DNA of 25,522 nt from contig CAZFDQ010000215.1 in NCBI GenBank assembly GCA_964518205.1, positions 1-25,522 of the forward strand, written 5' to 3'. A program made the translations under genes and the position numbers. This document shows, in pieces, positions 16,354 through 24,019 of this stretch. Position 1 is the first letter of the stretch, and the number at the start of each line of letters is the position of its first letter. Origin of the DNA: an uncultured Pseudomonadota bacterium. Lineage in GTDB: Bacteria; Babelota; Babeliae; Babelales; UASB340. The notes beneath the pieces were generated by a model. It did no database searches, was not told the origin of the DNA, and was given only the letters and a program-made list of their open reading frames with translations.

Positions 16354-18048
16354 ATGAAGCATATTCTTTCCTCTAGGATGGGTATATCTTTTTCCCGATT
16401 AATCTTATTATGTTTTTGTTCTTTAAATGCAACTTCTGCTTTTATTCCAAAACAAGAATATGACGTCTCGGACCTTCCCCCTTCTCCTTCTAATTTATTA
16501 AAGGAAGCGGGTAAGGCTCAAGATAAAAAAGAAAAACAAGAGATAGAGCAAATTATTAAACGTGTTATAAAAAGTTCAGATAAAGAACTAGAAGAGCAAG
16601 CAGAAAAGCTTGTAAGTGATAAAGATAAGTTAGCTCAGTTTTTAACTTTTTTGCCAAAAGATATTTTACAAGAAGAAGAGAGAGAAAAAGATTTAACAGT
16701 TTCAAAAGAGGTCAAAGATTTATTAGATCTTCAATACAAAGACCCCGAATTGTTGAGAAAAAATATTTCTCTTAAATTAAAAAATACGGATGTAAGACAA
16801 GCAATTGAGTTAATTGGCAAAACCGCAGATTTAGATTTTTTTATTGATCCTCGAGTTGGTGGAATTGTTAATAATATTCACTTAAAAGAAGTTTCTGTTG
16901 GTTCGGCTTTAAATATAATTTTATCTGGAAATAAACCAAAACTTGCATTAGTTAAAGATTTGGAAATATTTAGAATAGTTTTATTAAGCGATGCTATTTA
17001 TCTTTTAAAAAATAGAGCTCAAGATTTGTTTGAACAGGATTTTGTAAGCGATTTTATAACAATTTATAATGCAAAGTGGTCAGAAAGTTTTAAATTACGT
17101 TTGGAAAAAATGTGGTTTGGTATTGTAGGTGAAGCGGCAGAAAAGGATGGGTATTTTTTAGTCTTTGATGATCATACAAAAAAAATATTTTTCAGAGGTC
17201 GTAAGTTACAAGTTCAAGATTTTAAAAAGTTTTTGCAAGAAGTTGATGCAAAAATTCCACAGGTCAGAATTGAAACTCGAGTTGTTATTGCAAGTAAAGA
17301 TTTTGAAGAAAGTTTTGGGTTACAAATTTCAGGAATTTATAACAGAAGTGCAAGTGTTGCGCAACACAGTTGGGGCTTTGTTGGTGCAGGGCCGGTTTCA
17401 AGCGGGGGAAATGGAGATTTTCCGACTGGTGGTTTGATGGATTGGGCATTAAATATGTTGCCTTCTAGTGCTAATCAATTTTTAAATTTACCATTAATTT
17501 TTGGAGGAAAAGATTTAAATACACGCAGATTAAATCTTGTCTTAAACGCATCAGAAAATCAGAATGAAATTAAAACAATTCTAAAACCAACACTTTTGGT
17601 AAATAGTGAAGAACCGGCGGAAATTTTGGTTGGAGAAGAGGTGCCAATAGAAACAAGTGTAGAAGAAAAAATAGAAGGCTCTTTGCGCAATGTTAATACT
17701 ATTAATTACAAAGATTTGGGAATGAAACTAAAAGTAAAACCCGTTGTGGCCCCTGATAATAATTCAGTTTTTTTGGATATTTATGTTGAAAATTCTTTTG
17801 TAAAAGACGCAACAACTTTTAATGCCAAGACATCAATTATTACAACATCTAAATCCAAAAATAGAGTTTTATTGAAAAGCGGTCAGACAACAATGATTGG
17901 TGGATTGATTAAAACAGATAAAAGAAAATATAAACAAGGTATTCCGCTTTTGCAAAATATTCCATTGCTTGGAAATTTGTTTAAAGGGTCAAAGCGGAGT
18001 GAGGGTGATTCGCAATTGATGATTTTTATTTCACCGACGGTTGTATAA
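16354..18048 (+). CDS. pilQ: Outer-membrane secretin, PilQ/GspD family
   Basis: STN-like ISLKLKNTDVRQAI, N-domain ending FLQEVDAKIPQVRIETRVV, secretin C-domain LGMKLKVKP, LLKSGQTTMIGGLI, GIPLLQNIPLLGNLFK, LMIFISPTVV. The pilQ versus gspD assignment rests on synteny. Confidence 0.85.
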   Translation: MKHILSSRMGISFSRLILLCFCSLNATSAFIPKQEYDVSDLPPSPSNLLKEAGKAQDKKEKQEIEQIIKRVIKSSDKELEEQAEKLVSDKDKLAQFLTFLPKDILQEEEREKDLTVSKEVKDLLDLQYKDPELLRKNISLKLKNTDVRQAIELIGKTADLDFFIDPRVGGIVNNIHLKEVSVGSALNIILSGNKPKLALVKDLEIFRIVLLSDAIYLLKNRAQDLFEQDFVSDFITIYNAKWSESFKLRLEKMWFGIVGEAAEKDGYFLVFDDHTKKIFFRGRKLQVQDFKKFLQEVDAKIPQVRIETRVVIASKDFEESFGLQISGIYNRSASVAQHSWGFVGAGPVSSGGNGDFPTGGLMDWALNMLPSSANQFLNLPLIFGGKDLNTRRLNLVLNASENQNEIKTILKPTLLVNSEEPAEILVGEEVPIETSVEEKIEGSLRNVNTINYKDLGMKLKVKPVVAPDNNSVFLDIYVENSFVKDATTFNAKTSIITTSKSKNRVLLKSGQTTMIGGLIKTDKRKYKQGIPLLQNIPLLGNLFKGSKRSEGDSQLMIFISPTVV

Positions 18049-18101
18049 ATATATAAGTTAGGGGAAATGGATGGTTAAAAAGCTTATTTAAAGGGAGATT
18101 C

Positions 18102-18130
18102 TTTTCAAAACCTAATATTCTTGCTATAAG
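18102..18130 (+). promoter_or_regulatory. Candidate sigma70 promoter for comM
   Basis: TTTTCA-N17-TATAAG with extended -10 TG (18122-18123). Confidence 0.35.
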
Positions 18131-18165
18131 TCTTTATTGCTTTGGGGTGAATTTAATAAAAAGAA

Positions 18166-18189
18166 TAGATCCTGAAATAATTTCAGGAT
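18166..18189 (+). repeat. Single copy of the ATCCTGAA...TTCAGGAT palindrome upstream of comM
   Basis: TAGATCCTGAAATAATTTCAGGAT versus TGGATCCTGAAGTAAGTTCAGGAT (8672-8695): 21/24 identical; 9-bp stem with 3-nt loop. Confidence 0.75.
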
Positions 18190-18231
18190 ACACAACAATA
18201 ATACAATTTTTTTACAACTTTGGATTGGTTT

Positions 18232-19764
18232 ATGCACTCAAAAATATTTTCTGCAACAACAATTGGAATTACAGCTCACCTGGTGGAAGTTGAAGCTGAT
18301 CTTTCTATGGGGATGATCAATTTTTATATAGTAGGTCTTGCCGATAAAGCTATAAAAGAGAGTAAAGATAGAATTCGTGCTGCGCTTAAAAATAGTGGTA
18401 TGCGGCTTCCCGAACGTTTAATAACCGTAAATCTTGCTCCGGCGAACTTAAAAAAACAAGATACGTTATTTGATCTTCCAATAACCGTTGCAATTTTGCA
18501 GGCGGCTCGCTTGCTTGATCTTTCTTCTGAATTTGTTGAAGAAACTTTATTTTTGGGTGAACTTTCTTTAGATGGACATATTCGTTCTGTTTGTGGAGTT
18601 CTTTCTATTGCTCACGCAGCTTTGCAGATGGGCAAAAAACGAATAATTGTTTCTAAAAAAAATACACAAGAAGCTAGTTTGATCAAGGGTATTGAAGTTA
18701 TTGGTGTTGATAGCTTGGTTGATTTGGTAGCCTACTTAAGGCACGAAAAAGAGATAAAACCAACACCGTGTAGTTTTGATAGTTTTAAAAACTTAATTCA
18801 AAACCATCCGCTAGATTTTGACCAGGTAAAAGGTCAATGGCAAGCAAAACGTGCCCTACAAATTGCCGCTGCAGGACAACATAATATTGTATTTGTTGGT
18901 CCTCCTGGTTCAGGTAAAACTATGCTTGCAAAAAGGTTGGCAACAATTTTGCCACCGCTTTCTTTTGATCAAATTATTCAAACAACAAAAATTTATTCAA
19001 TTGCAGGATTGTTGAATAGCGAATCCTTGGTTTTACACCGTCCTTTTCGCTCTCCACACCATACAATTTCTCAAGCTGGACTTGTTGGAGGAGGTTCCAA
19101 TCCGCGTCCGGGAGAAATTAGTTTGGCGCACAATGGAGTTTTGTTTTTGGACGAACTCACAGAATTTAACAGATCGACTTTAGAAGTTTTGCGTCAACCT
19201 CTTGAAAGTAAAAAAGTTTTAATTTCTCGTGCAAGCAATTCCATCGAATATCCAGCAGCATTTTTGCTTGTTGCTGCATTGAATCCATGTCCGTGCGGTT
19301 ATTATGGAGATAAGAAAAAAGAATGTGTGTGTACTTCGCAACAAATTCAAAAATATTTCAATAAGCTTTCGGGTCCTTTGCTGGATAGAATAGATCTTCA
19401 TATAAATGTAGCATCTATTGATTATGATGATATAAAAGATGAAAACTTGCGTGGCAGAAGTTCCAAGCAGATGTATAAAGATGTTGAGTGTGCCGTGCTG
19501 GTTCAGAAGAAGCGTTTTGGGAACATGCGCAATGCTTATATGAGTGCCGAGCAAGTTGAAAAATTTTGTAAATTAACACTAGAAGCAGAACAAACAATAA
19601 AGATGGCTTTTGAAAAATTAAACTTAAGTATGCGTGGATATCATAAAATTTTAAAAATAGGCAGAACAATAGCTGATTTATGTGAATCTGAAATGATAGA
19701 AAAAGCGCATATTCGCGAAGCTATTATGTACAGGACTTTAGATAGAGAACAACAAAAAATGTAG
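18232..19764 (+). CDS. comM: ComM/YifB Mg-chelatase-like AAA+ ATPase
   Basis: VEVEADL...IVGLADKAIKESKDRIRAAL, ITVNLAPA, FDLPI, FLGELSLDG, Walker A GPPGSGKT, RPFRSPHH, PGEISLAHNGVLFLDE, NPCPCG, SGPLLDRIDL, RTIADL. ATG 18232 preferred. Confidence 0.93.
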   Translation: MHSKIFSATTIGITAHLVEVEADLSMGMINFYIVGLADKAIKESKDRIRAALKNSGMRLPERLITVNLAPANLKKQDTLFDLPITVAILQAARLLDLSSEFVEETLFLGELSLDGHIRSVCGVLSIAHAALQMGKKRIIVSKKNTQEASLIKGIEVIGVDSLVDLVAYLRHEKEIKPTPCSFDSFKNLIQNHPLDFDQVKGQWQAKRALQIAAAGQHNIVFVGPPGSGKTMLAKRLATILPPLSFDQIIQTTKIYSIAGLLNSESLVLHRPFRSPHHTISQAGLVGGGSNPRPGEISLAHNGVLFLDELTEFNRSTLEVLRQPLESKKVLISRASNSIEYPAAFLLVAALNPCPCGYYGDKKKECVCTSQQIQKYFNKLSGPLLDRIDLHINVASIDYDDIKDENLRGRSSKQMYKDVECAVLVQKKRFGNMRNAYMSAEQVEKFCKLTLEAEQTIKMAFEKLNLSMRGYHKILKIGRTIADLCESEMIEKAHIREAIMYRTLDREQQKM

Positions 19765-19848
19765 TTCTTTTTGTTTGTAACTATATTCATTATTTCATAT
19801 TAGGCGAAGATGATTTTTTTGGTATTGAAAGGATAGTGCAAGATATAT

Positions 19849-20268
19849 ATGATTTTAGGAATAGGTACAGATATTGCTCAAATAGATAGATTTGCTGATT
19901 GGGAAAAAAAACCAGAAAAACATTTATTAAAAATATTTTCGGAACAAGAACTTGTTGATTGCAAAAATAGAACTGGTTATTGCTTAGAAAAATTGGCTTC
20001 ACGCTTTGCAACAAAAGAGGCTTTTTTTAAGGCGTTAAGTGCTACTTTAATTAGATTAAATTTAACGAATAACGAATTTTCTTTTTTATTTTCTTGTGAG
20101 CATATTTCTATTGTTAAAGGCAGGTGGGGTGTCCCACAGCTAGAAGTTAGTTGGCCAGCTTTTGAAAAAAAAGTAGGACAAAAATTTTCTGATTATTTGG
20201 ATGTTCATCTTTCTCTTTCTCATGAAAAATCACATACTTTAGCGTTTGTGGTTATATCTAAAAAATAA
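19849..20268 (+). CDS. acpS: Holo-[acyl-carrier-protein] synthase
   Basis: MILGIGTDI, LASRFATKEAFFKAL, G.P, LSLSHE...AFV. Confidence 0.92.
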   Translation: MILGIGTDIAQIDRFADWEKKPEKHLLKIFSEQELVDCKNRTGYCLEKLASRFATKEAFFKALSATLIRLNLTNNEFSFLFSCEHISIVKGRWGVPQLEVSWPAFEKKVGQKFSDYLDVHLSLSHEKSHTLAFVVISKK

Positions 20269-20353
20269 AAAAATTCTTGAAAAAAGTCTTAAACAGATTA
20301 AAGTCTTAAGCAGGTAGAAAGTATTAGTTTTTATCGGTTTAAGGCTTTTTTTT

Positions 20354-21952
20354 ATGCGAAGAAAAAAATTAGGACATATTTTATCCGGATCACTTAGCGA
20401 AGGCTTAGTGATGCGACTTGATTCAAGCAGTTGTCTGGAAGATGTAAAAACGGGCAAATTTGTTTCTATTGTTGGTAACCAATATACATTTTTTTCTTTA
20501 ATAACAGACCTTGAACTTGAAGTTACAAATCCAGATATCCTGCTTTTCCCTCCAGATGAAGATGAAAAATTATTATCTAATATTTTAAAAAAGCGTGACA
20601 TTTATGCAAAAGTGAATCTACGGCCTATATTGATGCTTGATCGTGATAATAGTAAAATGCCTGTTAAAACTATTCCTCATCATTTTTCAACTGTGTATGA
20701 TGCAAGTGCTGCTGATGTTGCTCAAATTTTTGGTGATGAGCATGAAGATCAAAAATATTTTAATATAGGCGTTCCTTTGGACATGCAAACACCGGTTTGC
20801 CTGAATTTAGATTATTTTACAGAACGCAGTAACGGAATTTTTGGAAAAAGTGGGACAGGGAAAACTTTTATAACCCGTTTAATTTTAGCTGGTCTTGTTA
20901 AAAGTCAAAAAGCGGTAAACCTAATTTTTGACATGCACTCTGAATATGGTTTTCAGGCGCGCAAAGAAGGTGGCGGGCTTTCTTTTGTAAAAGGTCTTAA
21001 ATCTTTATTTCCAGATAAAACTGCGATTTTTTCTTTAGATCCAGATTCTACAAGAAAGCGAGGGTGTAGCCCAGATATTGAAGTAGTCTTGAGTTATCAG
21101 GATATTCGTGTCGAAGATATTATTTCTTTGCAAGATGAGCTTAATTTGCATCCAACAGCTTTAGAAGCGGCTTATCTTGTTGCTAGTAAATATAAAAAAA
21201 ATTGGTTACAGATATTACTTGATCAGGGTGAGACGATAAAAGAGTTTGCTCAAGAAATTGGTGCGCACGCGGAATCTATTGGTGCGCTTTATAGAAAATT
21301 AAAACGTTTGGAGAGATTTTCTTTTTTGCAAAAATATTCTTCGGGCGAATCTGTTATAGATAAACTTTTAAGTTATTTGGATAAAGGCATTCATATAATC
21401 TTGGAATTTGGCAACAATACATCTATGCTTTGTTATTTGATGGTTGCAAACATTATTACTCGCAGATTGCACGATGCTTATGTTTCTAAAACAGAAAAAT
21501 ATTTAGCCACACAAAAAAAAGAAGATGAACCCAAAAAGCTGATGATAACAATTGAAGAAGCTCATAAGTTTTTAAATCCAACCGCAGCACGGCAAACAAT
21601 TTTTGGAATTATTGCGCGTGAGATGCGTAAGTATTATGTTTCTTTGTTGGTTGTGGATCAGCGTCCATCGGGAATTGATAATGAAGTTTTATCTCAAATT
21701 GGCACTAAAATTGTAGCCCTTTTAAATGACGAAAAAGATATTCAGGCTGTGCTTACTGGAGTAAATAATTCTTCTGGATTGCGAACAATTCTTTCTACCT
21801 TGGATACAAAAAAGCAATCTCTTGTAATGGGGCATGCTGTTCCAATGCCTGTAGTGATTAAAACTCGAGAATACGACGAATCATTTTATGGTGCCATGGG
21901 GGCGTTTGTTGGAATAAAAGATATCAATAAGGTTATTGATGAGATCTTTTAG
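20354..21952 (+). CDS. HerA-like (DUF87, FtsK/HerA superfamily) ATPase with N-terminal HAS-barrel-like region
   Basis: N-terminal GHILSGSL...GKFVSI...FSLITD; Walker A IFGKSGTGKT; IFDMHSEYG; Walker B ITIEEAHKF; IAREMRKY; DQRPSGID..VLSQ. Confidence 0.85.
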   Translation: MRRKKLGHILSGSLSEGLVMRLDSSSCLEDVKTGKFVSIVGNQYTFFSLITDLELEVTNPDILLFPPDEDEKLLSNILKKRDIYAKVNLRPILMLDRDNSKMPVKTIPHHFSTVYDASAADVAQIFGDEHEDQKYFNIGVPLDMQTPVCLNLDYFTERSNGIFGKSGTGKTFITRLILAGLVKSQKAVNLIFDMHSEYGFQARKEGGGLSFVKGLKSLFPDKTAIFSLDPDSTRKRGCSPDIEVVLSYQDIRVEDIISLQDELNLHPTALEAAYLVASKYKKNWLQILLDQGETIKEFAQEIGAHAESIGALYRKLKRLERFSFLQKYSSGESVIDKLLSYLDKGIHIILEFGNNTSMLCYLMVANIITRRLHDAYVSKTEKYLATQKKEDEPKKLMITIEEAHKFLNPTAARQTIFGIIAREMRKYYVSLLVVDQRPSGIDNEVLSQIGTKIVALLNDEKDIQAVLTGVNNSSGLRTILSTLDTKKQSLVMGHAVPMPVVIKTREYDESFYGAMGAFVGIKDINKVIDEIF

Positions 21953-21960
21953 GTAAAAGG

Positions 21961-22221
21961 TCACCCCTAAAGGGGTTTGTGTGGAGAGGGAGAATCTATT
22001 ACCACGGGCTGAAGCCCGAGGCTAAAATATATTGCCCTTTCAGGGCAAAGAGAATATCAATAAATATAAAGCTTTATTAATTATTTAACTCTAATTTAAA
22101 AATGGGATTGTTTAAAAATTGTTTTTTTAGTTTTTGCCCTGTAAGGGCAATAGTATTTAGCCTCGTGCTTTAGCCCGTGGTTATGAAGCTTCCCATGTCA
22201 CCTAAACCCCTTTAGGGGTGA
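21961..22221. repeat. 261-bp composite inverted repeat (REPIN-like), two 89-bp arms with three hairpins each
   Basis: Arms 21961-22049 and 22133-22221 align as reverse complements without gaps: first 18 bp identical, 19-bp divergent block, then 45/52 identical; 83-bp AT-rich spacer. Confidence 0.9.
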
Positions 22222-22316
22222 TACGTTGATATATAAACCCTTTATTTTTTCTATATTATTAATAAACTAGTGTGTATGTTTGTAAGACGTTAATTTTTAA
22301 CAGAGAAAGGTTTTTT

Positions 22317-22898
22317 ATGAAAAAGATTTTATTGGCAGTAGCGATTGTTGGAATTTTGAGTACGAATGTGCAGGCTGCAGAATCAAAAGATTTTGTTTCA
22401 ATAGATAGTTTGCTTTTGATGCAAAAATCTAAAGAAGGTCAAAAATTGATGGCCGAAGTTCAAAAAGATGTTGAAATTTTTCAAAAGCAGGTTCAAGAAG
22501 CACAAAAAGAAGTTGTAGAATTTCAAGAAAAAATTACCAAGCAAGCAAAAATTTTAAGCAAAGAGGCATTGGTAGAAAAAGGAGAACAGCTTTCTGCTAA
22601 GAAAAAGCAAGCGGAACGTGAATTGTCGGATAGAGAGGAATCTTTAAAACGCAATATCGAAAGAAAGCAGCTTGCATTGCGTGAAAAACAAATGAGAATA
22701 GCAAACGAAATTTTTGAAAAAGAAGGTTGGGGGTTGATGATAGATCGCAATACTCCAGGTGTTTTGTTTGTTAATAATGCAATAGATAAAACAGATAGTA
22801 TCTTAAAAACTGTTGATGAAAAATTTGATACAGAATTTGCAAAAGATGTTGTAGAAAAAGCACAAAACAAAGAAAATACAAAAACAAAAAAAGCATAA
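22317..22898 (+). CDS. skp: Skp/OmpH periplasmic outer-membrane-protein chaperone
   Basis: Signal peptide MKKILLAVAIVGILSTNVQA, FVSIDSLLLMQKSKEG, long coiled coil, LMID...VLF....DKTD.ILK; directly upstream of lpxD. ATG 22317 has SD AGAAAGG. Confidence 0.85.
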   Translation: MKKILLAVAIVGILSTNVQAAESKDFVSIDSLLLMQKSKEGQKLMAEVQKDVEIFQKQVQEAQKEVVEFQEKITKQAKILSKEALVEKGEQLSAKKKQAERELSDREESLKRNIERKQLALREKQMRIANEIFEKEGWGLMIDRNTPGVLFVNNAIDKTDSILKTVDEKFDTEFAKDVVEKAQNKENTKTKKA

Positions 22899-23941
22899 TG
22901 CAAATAAATCTAACTTTAGCTGAAATAGCAAAGATCATCGGAGCCGAGTGTTCCGGTGATTCTTTTTTCATTAAAAATATTGCTTCCTTGCAAAATGCAC
23001 GAGAAAGTGATTTGGCTATTATTATTGACAGGGGTGAGCAGTCGGTTTTTGGTCAAATTTCTTCAGACGAAGTAAAAAAAAGCGGAGCTTCTGTTATTTT
23101 AGCTAACAAAGAAGTTGTTGAAGGTAAAAAATATTTGTTGGTACAAGATACTTTAACTGCTTTTACAAAGCTTGCAGATTATGTTGAAAAACAAAAATTG
23201 AGTCAATATGTTGCGCCTGAAATACATCAAACTGCAATTGTTGGCAACAGTGCTGTAATTGAGGGTGGAGTTGTAGTTGGAGCCAACAGTATGATTTCAG
23301 AACAAGTTTATATTGGAAGAAATGTAACTATTGGAGCAAACGTAAAAATTTATCCTGGCGCAAAAGTTTTGGATGATTGCATTGTTGGAGATAATACAAT
23401 AATTCATTCCGGTGCTGTGGTTGGTTCCGATGGATTTGGTTACAGTGTTACAAAAACAGGTTTGCGCAAAATTCCTCAAGTTGGAATTGTACGAATTGGT
23501 ACTCATGCAGAAATTGGTGCAAATTGTTGTATAGATAGAGCAGCTTTTGATCAAACCATTATTGGTAATGGCGTAAAGCTTGATAATATGGTGCACATTG
23601 CTCACAATGTTGTTATTGGAGATTGCACCGCAATTTTAGCACACACTGGAATTGCTGGAGGCGTTCAAATTGGAGTAGGTTGCCAGATTGGCGGCCAAGT
23701 TGCAATTAAAGATCACATTAAAGTTGGAAACGGTGTAAAGATAGTTTCAAAAAGCGGTGTTATGAACAACTTGCCAGATGGTACAACGGTTTGTGGCACT
23801 CCTGCTGTTTCTTTTAATAATTGGAAGAGAACTAAGGTTGTTGAAACAAAGTTACCGGAGATTTATAAAGAATTTATAAAGTTGAAAAAACTGTTTGATG
23901 GTAAAAAGGTTGGTTTTTGGAGACGCTTGTTCGGTGTTTAA
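22898..23941 (+). CDS. lpxD: UDP-3-O-acyl-glucosamine N-acyltransferase LpxD
   Basis: LAEIAKIIGAE..GD...I.NIASL..A N-domain, hexapeptide repeats, GSDGFGY, PQVGIVRIG, EIGANCCIDRA, KLDNMVHIAHNV; TAATG overlap with skp. Confidence 0.93.
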   Translation: MQINLTLAEIAKIIGAECSGDSFFIKNIASLQNARESDLAIIIDRGEQSVFGQISSDEVKKSGASVILANKEVVEGKKYLLVQDTLTAFTKLADYVEKQKLSQYVAPEIHQTAIVGNSAVIEGGVVVGANSMISEQVYIGRNVTIGANVKIYPGAKVLDDCIVGDNTIIHSGAVVGSDGFGYSVTKTGLRKIPQVGIVRIGTHAEIGANCCIDRAAFDQTIIGNGVKLDNMVHIAHNVVIGDCTAILAHTGIAGGVQIGVGCQIGGQVAIKDHIKVGNGVKIVSKSGVMNNLPDGTTVCGTPAVSFNNWKRTKVVETKLPEIYKEFIKLKKLFDGKKVGFWRRLFGV

Positions 23942-23961
23942 CAAATATTATGCCTTAAAGA

Positions 23962-23980
23962 GCCTTGCTTTATGCAAGGC
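23962..23980. repeat. GC-rich hairpin between lpxD and prs
   Basis: GCCTTGC-TTTAT-GCAAGGC perfect 7-bp stem, followed by GG and no U-tract. Confidence 0.55.
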
Positions 23981-24019
23981 GGCATTGAGTTAGACTACTG
24001 CGTAAGCTGTGGAGGGAAT

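Noticed and set aside
20354-21952. HerA as part of an anti-phage operon
   Set aside because: No Sir2, nuclease or other effector gene is adjacent; the context is housekeeping.
21961-22221. CRISPR array or tRNA/ncRNA gene
   Set aside because: The repeats are inverted, only two units, with no regular spacers; no cloverleaf, T-arm or CCA signature.
23942-24019. tRNA-Gln, often found upstream of prs
   Set aside because: The 78-bp spacer holds a single hairpin and the SD; no D-arm or TTCGA motif.
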